NCBI GenBank assembly: GCA_023265925.1
Contig: JAHFSD010000001.1
Location: forward strand, 3,309-67,308
DNA: 64,000 nucleotides
Direction of reading: 5' to 3'
From: an archaeon
Lineage (GTDB): Archaea > Nanobdellota > Nanobdellia > Woesearchaeales > GW2011-AR9
Made by a program: the position numbers and the translations under genes. The notes under the pieces are model-generated. The model was not told the origin of the DNA. It saw only the letters and a program-made list of their open reading frames with translations, and did not search any database. Positions 9,697 to 18,359 of this stretch are shown here, piece by piece (position 1 is the stretch's first letter; each line of letters opens with the position of its first letter).

Positions 9697-9918
9697 TACG
9701 GCTGCCGGGATTTTCTGATCAGTTACACTATTTTGATAGTATCGTGGGGTCTCTGAACGGAGTGAGGAGTACCCCACTTGAGCACGACTTGCATAGTGTA
9801 ACTTGCTATCGAACCCGGATCACAAGCTTTCTCCGCAAAGACAGACAGTCTTTTTGATGCAACTTTTTCTTAAAAAGGTGCGTGGGAAGCTCGGATCATG
9901 CCACTAGACCACAGCCGT
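9697..9918 (-). tRNA. tRNA-Gly(CCC) interrupted by two introns (54 nt in the anticodon loop, 97 nt in the T-loop)
   Basis: I folded this by hand on the minus strand. Acceptor ACGGCTG (9918-9912) pairs with CAGCCGT (9704-9698), then A73. The D-arm is GTCT/AGTGGCA/TGAT. Anticodon stem CGAGC (9893-9889) pairs with GCTTG (9827-9823). The loop is TTCCCAC with anticodon CCC at 9886-9884. T-stem CCGGG (9818-9814) pairs with CCCGG (9709-9705). T-loop TTCGA + AT rejoins to the canonical TTCGAAT. The spliced length is 71 nt. Confidence 0.75.
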
Positions 9919-9942
9919 ATGAACACGAAGAATTGCATCAGA

Positions 9943-9950
9943 TTTTTAAA
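9943..9950 (-). promoter_or_regulatory. TATA box for the tRNA gene
   Basis: TTTAAAAA on the minus strand sits 25-32 nt upstream of tRNA position 1. Confidence 0.45.
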
Positions 9951-9964
9951 CTTAACCCTGAAAC

Positions 9965-10561
9965 TTAGGGATGGTGTGGTTGTAAACGGCACCATTCCTG
10001 TTCCCGATCAGCATATCCCTCTTTCGTCGACAACATCGAACGGTTAAATCCAGCTATTCTTCTCCTCTTTTCAAATCCCGCTCGCGCGGCTAAGATGCTT
10101 ACGACCAAGTCTAAACCATTCTTCAAGGAAGTTCTCGTGTCAGAACTCAATTCTTCCTGCAACTGCTCGTATTCTTCTGAAGAGATTTCACAGAGCGCGT
10201 ACGGTTCCCGGGAGGGCAGGGGTAGAATGAATTGACTTGATACTCCCGAGGTAACAACAATGAAATCATCTCGACGAACTATTTCTGTGGAGTTCAATGA
10301 GAATCGGATCGGTCGTAAGGATGGTCGAAGTGAAAATTCGTACAACAGTGATTTGCCCGTCCGGAAATATTCAACTCCACCAAGATATAATGCCGATTTG
10401 CCATTCACATAGTTGGCCGATAGAAGAAATCCAAAATATTTTGAAGTATTCTCGATCGGCAGGAGGGCAGGGGTGTCACAATCTACTGTGGTCTTAGAGA
10501 GGGGGAAAATTCTGGCTAAGCCCTGATCAACAGTATCTATATACTGGGACTCACTGGTCAT
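9965..10561 (-). CDS. hypothetical protein
   Basis: 198-aa ORF with no recognised motif. Confidence 0.5.
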   Translation of the reverse strand: MTSESQYIDTVDQGLARIFPLSKTTVDCDTPALLPIENTSKYFGFLLSANYVNGKSALYLGGVEYFRTGKSLLYEFSLRPSLRPIRFSLNSTEIVRRDDFIVVTSGVSSQFILPLPSREPYALCEISSEEYEQLQEELSSDTRTSLKNGLDLVVSILAARAGFEKRRRIAGFNRSMLSTKEGYADREQEWCRLQPHHP

Positions 10562-10818
10562 CGCTATTTCTTAGGCCATTCTCTTTAAATAATTTACGGT
10601 TCTCAGATCATTTAGGGAGAGAATATCGAAAGGGTTATTTTGGTGGAAGGCCAGAAAAATTCATTATTGCCTACCACTCGTTGGTGTTCGCGTGTCCTTA
10701 TGATCAAGGTAGTTTAATCAAGATAGGAATAAAGCAAACGAAACGAGAAAATCCATCCAGGATCATTCAGTTAACAAGAGCTTTTCCCTGTGGAAACGAG
10801 CGAGAATCTTCTCTACCT

Positions 10819-11319
10819 TTATTTTTCCCCTTCCTCTTCCGCACCTTCCCGCCTGATAACTTTCACTGCATCCATCTTAACGGTAATGGGGATGGGAACA
10901 GCAGCTTCTAACAACTCAACGACGATTTCTTCTTTAGTGCGATTGATGCGGACAACTTTGGCATTCTCCCTCTTGAACGGGCCGGAAATGATCTCGACGA
11001 TGTCACTCTTGTGGATGTTCATCTCCACTTTAACCTGCTCCAGCATGTGCTCAATTTCCTTGTAGGGAATTTCCCGCTCCAGAATGCCGCGGGCATAGGG
11101 CACGCCCTGCAGGACGGATTCGGCGTCTTCCTTGTTCCCCACTTCCACAAAGATGTAGCCGCGCATCCCATGCGGGCGAATCACGCTGAAGAAATCAACC
11201 TTCACGCCCCGGCGCAACTTGCTGACTAAGTAATCAACGACCTGATCCTCCCGGTTGGCAGCGGTGCGCACGCCAAAAATCTTTGGTCCTGATGGTTCTT
11301 TCGTTGTTTCTGCCGTCAT
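10819..11319 (-). CDS. spt5: transcription elongation factor Spt5 (archaeal NusG)
   Basis: It has an NGN domain (IFGVRTAANREDQV) and a KOW motif (EIISGPFKRENAKVVRI). It lies immediately downstream of secE, as in archaeal operons. Confidence 0.9.
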   Translation of the reverse strand: MTAETTKEPSGPKIFGVRTAANREDQVVDYLVSKLRRGVKVDFFSVIRPHGMRGYIFVEVGNKEDAESVLQGVPYARGILEREIPYKEIEHMLEQVKVEMNIHKSDIVEIISGPFKRENAKVVRINRTKEEIVVELLEAAVPIPITVKMDAVKVIRREGAEEEGEK

Positions 11320-11321
11320 GG

Positions 11322-11531
11322 TCAGCGGAATAACAGTTGTTTCAGCAGGAAGAGGACAAAGCCAATGGCGCCAATGATGGCGGCCCCAATGCTCGTCACC
11401 TTGAGCGTAGTGATGAACTCCTCTCGATTGGGCTTCTTGGTTACCCTTAATACCCTGATGGTTTCTTTTATAAACCTTTTTACTTTACCCGGCGGCCGGA
11501 CTTCTTCCGTGGTGGGCTGCTGCTCTTCCAT
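11322..11531 (-). CDS. secE: preprotein translocase subunit SecE / Sec61-gamma
   Basis: The 69-aa product has the basic motif VLRVTKKPNREEF followed by a single C-terminal TM helix. Confidence 0.85.
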   Translation of the reverse strand: MEEQQPTTEEVRPPGKVKRFIKETIRVLRVTKKPNREEFITTLKVTSIGAAIIGAIGFVLFLLKQLLFR

Positions 11532-11647
11532 GGGACGGGAAAACCGGCTGGCGATTTATAAAGGTTTGTGGCCTTTTCTGCAAATTAGAACTGATTTCTT
11601 GCCCTTCCGGCACCAGCAGGACATCCCTACCTGCTCTTTACCTGCAC

Positions 11648-12808
11648 CTACCTACTCTTAACTTGCATATATTCAATCCCTAACTCCTCTTCCATCGCAC
11701 TCTTCCGCTTCAGGAAGAATTTGTTGCCTTCGCCAAAGATCTGCTCGGATTTCACTCCCGTAATGATCAGCATCGTTCTGATCGTTTTGTCTAAATCCTT
11801 GTAAATCTGCGCGCCCCAGATGATCTTCGCTTTCTTATCCAGCCGCTCAGCCACGGTTTCCACAATCTTTCTTGATTCATCCAGCGTCAGGCTTTCCCCG
11901 CCGGAAATGTTGATCAACGCTCCGGTCGCATTGCTTACATCCACGTCAATCAGCGGATTATCCAGCGCTTTCTGCACCGAATCATCAGCCCGGTTTTCCG
12001 CATCGGATTCGCCCATGCCTATCAGGGCTACCCCTCCTTCAGCCATGATCGCTTTAACATCGGCAAAATCAAGGTTGACTAATCCAGCTTTGGTCACCAG
12101 TTCAGCGATTCCCTTGACAGCATTGGTTAAAATCTCATCAGCGACTTTGAAGGCGGTCTGTAATGGCAGGTGGGGAGCCAATTCCAGCAGCTTTTCATTG
12201 GGAATAAGAATCAGCGTGTTAATGCTCTGTTCTAATTTTTCCAGCCCGATCATCGCATTTTCCTGGCGGTGCGAGCCTTCCATCATGAACGGCATGGTTA
12301 CAATGGCGACGCTCAGCACACCCATCCGCTTGGCCATATTGGCAAGATAGGGAGCGCTTCCTGTCCCCGTCCCGCCACCCAGGCCACAGGTAATGAAAAC
12401 CATGTCCGCCCCTTCCAGTGCTTTTTTCAGTTCCGGCTCGCTTTCTTTGGCTGCTTCTTCCCCAATCTTGGGATTAGCGCCGGCTCCTAATCCGTGCGTC
12501 AGTTCCCGGCCGATCAGAACTTTTCGGTCAGAACTGGTATAAAGCAGATCCTGCGCATCGGTATTCACGGCGACGGTCTCAATGCCTTTAATCCCCACTT
12601 CCGAGATGCGGTTGATGGTATTATTACCGGCACCACCACAGCCAATGACGCGAATCCTGGTTTTCTGGCTGGCTAACAGTTTTTCCAGTTCGGCGTCAAT
12701 CTCCAGATTACTGCGCCGGGTCAGCTCTTTATGGGTAAGAACTTCCGTTTGCACTTTAGGCGGGCTGGCAGTGGAAGGATATTGTGTCCGAAAAGCAGGA
12801 TAATCCAT
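11648..12808 (-). CDS. ftsZ: cell division GTPase FtsZ
   Basis: It carries [12 protein letters not shown], the tubulin signature GLGGGTGTG, and the NLDFADV T7 region. Confidence 0.95.
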   Translation of the reverse strand: MDYPAFRTQYPSTASPPKVQTEVLTHKELTRRSNLEIDAELEKLLASQKTRIRVIGCGGAGNNTINRISEVGIKGIETVAVNTDAQDLLYTSSDRKVLIGRELTHGLGAGANPKIGEEAAKESEPELKKALEGADMVFITCGLGGGTGTGSAPYLANMAKRMGVLSVAIVTMPFMMEGSHRQENAMIGLEKLEQSINTLILIPNEKLLELAPHLPLQTAFKVADEILTNAVKGIAELVTKAGLVNLDFADVKAIMAEGGVALIGMGESDAENRADDSVQKALDNPLIDVDVSNATGALINISGGESLTLDESRKIVETVAERLDKKAKIIWGAQIYKDLDKTIRTMLIITGVKSEQIFGEGNKFFLKRKSAMEEELGIEYMQVKSR

Positions 12809-12883
12809 AAAGCACCTTTTTTTTCTGTAGCACAGAACGCCATTCAGTTTATAAAGATTATTATGATGAAAAGGTAAGATACA

Positions 12884-13546
12884 TTATGAACTTACTTTTC
12901 CCCATTCCACGCCCTTCAACCCCGTCAATTCCGCCAGTTTCTTCCCCAATTCTTCCGTAAAAGGAGCCGGCAACTGAAATGGCAACTGAATGGTCGCTTT
13001 TCCTTCCGCAATTTCCACATTTATCTTATCCTCAGGAATTCGCAGGCCCATGTTCAGGAAGGCAGTGATCTGCTCTTTCTGGTCGGTCACCTGGCGGAGA
13101 ATTCTGATTTCATACACCACCTCTTTTCCGGCCAGAGGATGGTTGAAATTGACCATCACTCTCCCGCCGGAGACTCTCGCGACGGTTCCCATCTCGCCAT
13201 CCACGTCAATCTGCAATCCCGGCTGGGGCTCCGTCTGATGCTCGCGGAAGGTGCCCATCGGGATAATTTTCATTTTTTTGATATCTCTTTTGCCAAAAGC
13301 CTGTTCCGGTAGAAGTTTGATGGTGTATTCTTTTCCCACTTCTTTTCCCACCAGCTGCGCATCCAGCCCGGGAAGAATCTGCTGTTCTCCGACGCAGATG
13401 ACCACGGAACCGAATTTCTTGTTAGCGGTAGGCAGGTTATGCTGCTTTGCCACTTTTTCACTGGTGGTGTCAAACAACGGGCCATCAGCCAGTCTGCCAG
13501 TGTAATCGAGTTCGATGAAGTCGTGATGCTGAATGTGGTTGGGCAT
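12884..13546 (-). CDS. FKBP-type peptidyl-prolyl cis-trans isomerase (long archaeal SlyD/FKBP26-like)
   Basis: It has the FKBP core (IELDYTGRL.DG..FDTT, ..HPLAGKEVVYEIRIL) with an insert-in-flap region and a C-terminal domain. Confidence 0.85.
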   Translation of the reverse strand: MPNHIQHHDFIELDYTGRLADGPLFDTTSEKVAKQHNLPTANKKFGSVVICVGEQQILPGLDAQLVGKEVGKEYTIKLLPEQAFGKRDIKKMKIIPMGTFREHQTEPQPGLQIDVDGEMGTVARVSGGRVMVNFNHPLAGKEVVYEIRILRQVTDQKEQITAFLNMGLRIPEDKINVEIAEGKATIQLPFQLPAPFTEELGKKLAELTGLKGVEWGKVSS

Positions 13547-13570
13547 TTTCTGAGCATTCCAGATAATTCT

Positions 13571-14155
13571 TTATAAGCTTTTCTTCTCTGCTGTTTTCAC
13601 AAAATCGAGAATTCTCTGTGCCGCCTCTTCCGCCATAATTTTGGTCGTATCCACCACCAGGTCATACTGCGACTCGTCATAGGGATCGATGCTATAATAT
13701 TTCTGATACCGCTCGGTGTCATTCTGTTGCCGGCGCCGAATGTCTCGCCGGGCATCCTCTAAAGAATTGATGTTCCCTTCATTGCGTTCAGCCCGCGCGA
13801 CGGCGTTTTGCAGATCCTTCCAGATGCGCCTCGCGCCTTCGTCAAAATCACACTTGATATAAATCTTGATGGACTCCGGAAGGAAATGATATTGTGTCCG
13901 GCCTTCCACAATAACAGTTTTTCCCTGCTGATGTAACTGGCGGGCAGACGCTGCTGCTTTCTGATCAACATCGACATCCGTCTCCGGGTGCGTTTGGGCA
14001 TACTCATTCAACTCTTCCAGAGTCATTCCTTTTTCTTTAGCCAATTCCCGCCGGATGCCACCGACATAAATCCGTTCGGCCTGCAGCCGTTCCACCAGGC
14101 TCTTGGCAACCGTGCTTTTCCCACTGCCGGGCGTGCCGGAGATGGTCAGGATCAT
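13571..14155 (-). CDS. cmk: archaeal-type cytidylate (CMP) kinase
   Basis: It has the P-loop ISGTPGSGKST. Its length (~190 aa) and pattern (RELAKEKGMTLEEL..., YDLVVDT) match archaeal cmk. Confidence 0.8.
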   Translation of the reverse strand: MILTISGTPGSGKSTVAKSLVERLQAERIYVGGIRRELAKEKGMTLEELNEYAQTHPETDVDVDQKAAASARQLHQQGKTVIVEGRTQYHFLPESIKIYIKCDFDEGARRIWKDLQNAVARAERNEGNINSLEDARRDIRRRQQNDTERYQKYYSIDPYDESQYDLVVDTTKIMAEEAAQRILDFVKTAEKKSL

Positions 14156-14215
14156 GCTTGGTGAAATCTTAAGCTGGTGAGGAACTTTCCAATAATCCCC
14201 GGTCTCCCCAAAAAC

Positions 14216-14374
14216 CTATTTATTTAAATCATTAATTATCATGTTTATTAATGAGACAATGGCGGTAATAATCCCGTTGGTGAGAGCTTCTACCGTATTG
14301 GGCAATGTTGTTAAAGTATAAACTAACCAGGCTATACTTGATAAATAGACAAACACTTTTAATGTTTTGTTCAT
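14216..14374 (-). CDS. possible small hydrophobic protein (52 aa)
   Basis: Hand-translated ATG..TAG ORF (MNKTLKVFVYLSSIAWLVYTL...). It is below the ORF-track cut-off and has no other support. Confidence 0.25.
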   Translation of the reverse strand: MNKTLKVFVYLSSIAWLVYTLTTLPNTVEALTNGIITAIVSLINMIINDLNK

Positions 14375-14375
14375 C

Positions 14376-14459
14376 TTAGACCACTTTAAGAATCTTTAAA
14401 ATCAATAATACAAAAGCCGCGATAACGACCACCCAACCTACAGCTTCATACCATTTCAT
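14376..14459 (-). CDS. possible micro-protein (27 aa, single TM helix)
   Basis: Hand-translated MKWYEAVGWVVVIAAFVLLILKILKVV*. Its stop lies 1 nt before the next ATG. Confidence 0.25.
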   Translation of the reverse strand: MKWYEAVGWVVVIAAFVLLILKILKVV

Positions 14460-14624
14460 TGTATTCACCCACTTTATGTTTACTCTTTCCTTCTTGATCG
14501 AACTATAACGAAGGAACTTAAAAGTTGAACAAGTCCCTTCGAATATAGCAATGAAGATTAAATGTTAATTGCTCAATTGTTTAGTTTCGTCGCTATACTT
14601 TATAAACTTTACCAATAAAAAAGA

Positions 14625-14781
14625 CGGCTGCAATCGCGAGATCGTTTCAGTAGAACTCTTTTGTCCTGCCGTCCAAGCCAATTTGATCCTGTGGGGAAAA
14701 TAGAATGTACGGTAGGGAATCTGCTGTTTTAATAATGTAGGAGAGAGCTAACGCCTACTTCCTTTGGGCAGCCTCTTTTTT
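14625..14781 (+). ncRNA. candidate small structured RNA (class unknown)
   Basis: TATA-like ctttataaac (14599-14608) sits ~20-25 nt upstream. The ends can pair: 5' GGCTGC (14625-14630) with 3' GCAGCC. Internal stems are GACGGC/GCCGTC and GTAGG/CCTAC. It ends in T6 (14776-14781). Confidence 0.25.
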
Positions 14782-14805
14782 GATGAAAATTCTCAGAAAA
14801 TATGG

Positions 14806-14988
14806 AGAACTGCGCAACTTATATCTTATTTGTGCGCAGTTCTAATCTGGTAAACTGCGTATCAAAGTCTACACTTTTGCGTTTCTGAGAGAATCAATCG
14901 CCGCAAAAGTGTAGATTACGAGGCTTTTGCCTAATCAGATCTAAAACGCAAAAGTCGAGGAAGTGTGCTATATGCTACGCAGTTTACC
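14806..14988. other. nested inverted-repeat domain (candidate structured RNA or protein-binding array)
   Basis: Hairpin AGAACTGCGCA (14806-14816) pairs with TGCGCAGTTCT (14833-14843). Outer stem GGTAAACTGCGTA (14849-14861) pairs with TACGCAGTTTACC (14976-14988). It encloses the 14-bp stem TCTACACTTTTGCG (14868-14881) / CGCAAAAGTGTAGA (14902-14915). Confidence 0.35.
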
Positions 14989-15071
14989 ATACCTACAAAG
15001 TAGGGTTATTCCCAGTCTTCTATCTATTCTGCTACCTACAAATTTAAATAGGTTCTCTCATTAATTCCTCC

Positions 15072-15623
15072 ATGGGCAAAGCAGAGATAGAAGTTGAAGT
15101 CAAAGCAGAAATAACTAATATTTTACTCATCAAAGAAAAAATTCTCCGTCAAGGTGCCCAGTTTCAGGAAACAAAATACCAGCACGATATTCTGTTGGAT
15201 CCGCCTCAAGCAGACTTTTCTAAAACAGATCAGGTGTTGCGAATCCGTAATTCCAACGGGAACTGGAAACTTGATTATAAAAGCCCCCGGCTCGATACGG
15301 AAACTAAAAGCCGGAGAGAATATTCCTTAAAGATTGAGGATGGGCATCAACTCAAAGATATTTTTAGCTGGATGAATTTTAAGATTGTGGGGGAGATTGA
15401 GAAGCATTGCGAGACCTATAGTTACAAAGAGTTGAAAATTCATCTGGATTCTGTAACTCGTCTTGGCACGTTTATTGAAGTGGAAGTGATGGCGGAAGAA
15501 ACCAATTTTAGTCAGATGAAAGAAGAGATCTTTGCCTTTCTTACTGAACTTGGCATTACCAACACTATAAAAAAGGATTATCTGGAGCTGATGTGGGAAC
15601 GGGGTATTATTCAGAAACAGTGA
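15072..15623 (+). CDS. CYTH-domain protein (class IV adenylate cyclase CyaB / triphosphatase family)
   Basis: It has an N-terminal ExExK signature (EIEVEVK) and the pattern of beta-strand acidic/basic residues typical of CYTH. Confidence 0.8.
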   Translation: MGKAEIEVEVKAEITNILLIKEKILRQGAQFQETKYQHDILLDPPQADFSKTDQVLRIRNSNGNWKLDYKSPRLDTETKSRREYSLKIEDGHQLKDIFSWMNFKIVGEIEKHCETYSYKELKIHLDSVTRLGTFIEVEVMAEETNFSQMKEEIFAFLTELGITNTIKKDYLELMWERGIIQKQ

Positions 15624-15662
15624 TCTTACTTCGCTTTACTTTATGTTTAACCCCCCATAACC

Positions 15663-16355
15663 CTACCTCACCATCTCATACTCTTTCCCTTTCAACTCAC
15701 CCATCTTATCATTCACCCACTGCTTCGTCCAGAACCACAATAATTTCATCAGTCCCCACTGCTGGTAGCGGCGCATGCTGGTAGTAACGGACGTGTTCAG
15801 GCAGGCGTAGCCGCCCAATTCTTTCAATTTCAGGATCAGTTTGCGATGCTCTTTAACCATCAGTTCCGGATGATAGCCTCCGACTTTCTGGAAATCGTCT
15901 TTGTGGCAGATCAAAGCCCCGCTGCAGCCCTGATACAATTTTAACGTGTTGTAGATATTCTTCAGCGTTAAGGCCAATTGGAATTTCCATCCGGGCCTGT
16001 CCGGACTCGCTTTGGTCGTCGCCACCGCTAACCCATTCCGGAACTGGCTGTGGATGGCGTGCAGGCTGTCGGGAGCCAGTTGCGTGTCGGCATCCAGAAA
16101 CAGCAGCAGGTTGGCTTGGGCATTGATGGCGCCGGCATTGCGGGCCACGCTGACATTAGCTTTGGGAAGGGAAAGGTAACGAACGTTGTGGTCGGCCTGC
16201 TGTTTCAGGATTTCTTCCGTTTCATCTGTACAACCGTTGGCAACGACGATAACTTCATAATCCTGGAAAGCCTGGGCATAAACGGATTGCAGGGTTTTTT
16301 CAATATACCTCTCTTCATTATAGGCAGGGATGATGACCGAGATTTCCGGCGGCAT
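15663..16355 (-). CDS. family 2 glycosyltransferase
   Basis: It has the N-terminal VIIPAYNEERYIEKTL motif and the DxD-like LFLDADT. Confidence 0.85.
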   Translation of the reverse strand: MPPEISVIIPAYNEERYIEKTLQSVYAQAFQDYEVIVVANGCTDETEEILKQQADHNVRYLSLPKANVSVARNAGAINAQANLLLFLDADTQLAPDSLHAIHSQFRNGLAVATTKASPDRPGWKFQLALTLKNIYNTLKLYQGCSGALICHKDDFQKVGGYHPELMVKEHRKLILKLKELGGYACLNTSVTTSMRRYQQWGLMKLLWFWTKQWVNDKMGELKGKEYEMVR

Positions 16356-16409
16356 ACCAGAACAAGAGCAGGATTGTTTTTAAAGGATTGTGGTAGTGGA
16401 AGAGATAGA

Positions 16410-17849
16410 TCATCGATGTGTTCTCTCCTCTACCATTTTCACTAAAAAAGGAAGCACGAGGGTCGCATCAGCATGAATCTCGGCAAACTGCATTTGTGGA
16501 TGCATCTTTCGCCAACTCATCCCTTCCGAATAAGTGCTGCCCGAGAGGTGGCCATACCACATCTTATCGGGGCAAATTCGAACACCGTAGGCAAATTTAT
16601 GTTCCGGTAAGTCCAATCCCAGCCGGAGATTGATTAATTCAACTAACGGGCAGACATTCTGCGTGTAATTCCGGGGAACGCCGCCACCAATGGTTAAGAT
16701 ACCTATTCTCTTTGCTTTCGTTACCAGCCTGATTAATTCCTCAGTATCCTGTTCCAGATCCATCACGATGCGTTTCTTCAATTCCCTGATTCTTTTCTGG
16801 TTGATGAGATAGATATCATTTCCAATCTCTGAGTCAACAAACGCGGGCACCAAGACGGGAATCTTTTTCTCATAGGCAGACTTCAGAATGCCCCGTTCCT
16901 GTGGGTAGTGCTCGGCCAGGTATTTTCCAAGATGGTAATGAAAGATTCGCGGACTGATCAGCTCGTCACCGCTGAACGAATCAGCAACCAGCTCGACGAC
17001 TTCTTCCACTTTATCCAAATTCGTTTCGGGCTCCAGCGTATCACTCACCCGATTAAGTTTCTGTGCTGCCAACACGGCATCATCATGGACTGGATCGTAT
17101 TTATAATGCTTTAACCCAACACTTTCCACTAACCCGTGAGCCATCAAGGCGCCGGTGCTAGTGATGGATTGAACCACGCCGTCATCAATCAAATCGCCGA
17201 TGATTAAGCCCATCTTTGCCACGGTCATTGCACCACTGAGGGTCAGGAAGACAGTGCAGTCAGGGTCATTGGCCATGGCCTCCAGCGTCTGTGCTCCCCG
17301 ATAGACTTCCTGGGCAACGCCGTCGTATTTCTCTAATTGCCGGATGAATTGGGTTACTGTTGTGCTCTTCCCCTCCAGCCGCTGTTCTAAAGCGTAATAC
17401 AGTGCAGGCAGGACAAATCGTGGATCGGCAAAAATAGCATCGGGAAAGTAACCGTCCTGCACGTGCTTGGCTTTGCCCTGTTCGTTAATGAAAATAGATT
17501 TATCTTGTTCTTTATATAATCCGCTTTCATGGCGCTCAGAAAAATCGCCCACGACTAAGATGTTATTCCCGTTGCTCATGCCCTGAGCATACATTTCCGG
17601 CAGAAGCAAGCGCTTAAACCATTTCTTGTTTTCCACCATCTCCCACAGCAATTTTCCTAAAGCCGTATCCTTCTTTCCATCATAAATCAGCAGCGGCTCA
17701 TTTCTGTCCTGGATCCATTGGGTAAGCGTATCGGCCACTTCCCCCAGCATTCGGGCGCCAAAAGAACAGTACTTCATGCTGCGGACAAGGTCGTCCACGG
17801 TCTGGCACTGCTGCAGATCAAGCGGATGAAGAGGCTCAAAATCAGGCAT
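16410..17849 (-). CDS. deoxyhypusine synthase-like protein with a ~150-aa N-terminal extension
   Basis: Its DHS-family motifs are TVFLTLSGAMTVAKMG, ITSTGALMAHG, ILTIGGGVPRNY, and SGSTYSEGMSWRKM (compare SGARPDEAVSWGKI). The product is 479 aa. Confidence 0.75.
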   Translation of the reverse strand: MPDFEPLHPLDLQQCQTVDDLVRSMKYCSFGARMLGEVADTLTQWIQDRNEPLLIYDGKKDTALGKLLWEMVENKKWFKRLLLPEMYAQGMSNGNNILVVGDFSERHESGLYKEQDKSIFINEQGKAKHVQDGYFPDAIFADPRFVLPALYYALEQRLEGKSTTVTQFIRQLEKYDGVAQEVYRGAQTLEAMANDPDCTVFLTLSGAMTVAKMGLIIGDLIDDGVVQSITSTGALMAHGLVESVGLKHYKYDPVHDDAVLAAQKLNRVSDTLEPETNLDKVEEVVELVADSFSGDELISPRIFHYHLGKYLAEHYPQERGILKSAYEKKIPVLVPAFVDSEIGNDIYLINQKRIRELKKRIVMDLEQDTEELIRLVTKAKRIGILTIGGGVPRNYTQNVCPLVELINLRLGLDLPEHKFAYGVRICPDKMWYGHLSGSTYSEGMSWRKMHPQMQFAEIHADATLVLPFLVKMVEERTHR

Positions 17850-17893
17850 TTCCCGTGGGGAGGTGGAGAGATATATAAAGATTTGGCGAGTGG

Positions 17894-18057
17894 GTAATAC
17901 TTTAGCTTCCTAAAGTGAAGCTCTACCATCTTCTCGCCTCTCGTTGTATTTATCGAGGGCAGACACCCCCGGATGGGACAACCCCCCGTCTGCTTGCTGT
18001 AGCGCCCGAGGAGGCTCGACCTGAGGATGGTAGAGCTTCACAAAGCTAAAGTATTAC
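17894..18057. mobile_element. MITE-like non-autonomous element with terminal inverted repeats and 8-bp target-site duplication
   Basis: The TIRs are GTAATACTTTAGCTT...GTGAAGCTCTACCATC (17894-17930) and its reverse complement (18026-18057). They share 15 + 16 identical nt around a small indel. The flanking direct repeat GCGAGTGG occurs at 17886-17893 and 18058-18065. The element has no coding capacity. Confidence 0.6.
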
Positions 18058-18146
18058 GCGAGTGGGGAAGACGTGAAGCAGAGCCCACAGCAGCGAAACT
18101 TTTATTAAGTTCGTCTTCTTTCGTACTTATTCGTAGGTGTTTACAC

Positions 18147-18359
18147 TTGGTAACCATAGACCAATTATGGATTACGAAACATGCCGGAGATAAGATGGTC
18201 GTGGAAGGTCTTACTGCTCAACAGGTCTGTACTGCTATCGAGCGAGGATCCCGCTTTGAGCAAACAGAGGGGTACCTGAGTGTCTACACGTACTTTTCCA
18301 TCGCCTGGAAGAAAGTAGGCGATAAATACAAAATAAAAACAGTTTATATCAATAAATGA
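18147..18359 (+). CDS. DUF4258-like toxin (start moved to TTG downstream of the MITE)
   Basis: Pattern ITKHAGDKMVVEGLTAQQV..AIERG.....G......V..VGDKYKIKTVY. The first 40 codons of track ORF 18027.. are MITE sequence. Confidence 0.6.
   Translation: MVTIDQLWITKHAGDKMVVEGLTAQQVCTAIERGSRFEQTEGYLSVYTYFSIAWKKVGDKYKIKTVYINK

Noticed and set aside
9643-9777. N-terminal 45 codons of track ORF 9472..9777 (-)
   Set aside because: This stretch coincides with the 3' exon and T-loop intron of the tRNA-Gly gene. An internal ATG at 9642 gives a sensible two-helix membrane protein.
11820-12803. Several plus-strand ORFs (11820..12350, 12269..12490, 12494..12676, 12582..12803)
   Set aside because: All are antisense to ftsZ, whose identity is unambiguous. 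They are typical shadow ORFs in a GC-balanced gene.
14156-15071. Calling this region a replication origin outright
   Set aside because: Inverted repeats and AT-rich DNA are present. But there is no orc1/cdc6 gene nearby and no recognisable ORB consensus, and skew cannot be computed here. It is kept only as an alternative hypothesis in the findings.
18027-18146. N-terminal 40 codons of track ORF 18027..18359 (+)
   Set aside because: The sequence is the right arm of the MITE-like element plus its target-site duplication. The DUF4258 homology starts after TTG 18147.
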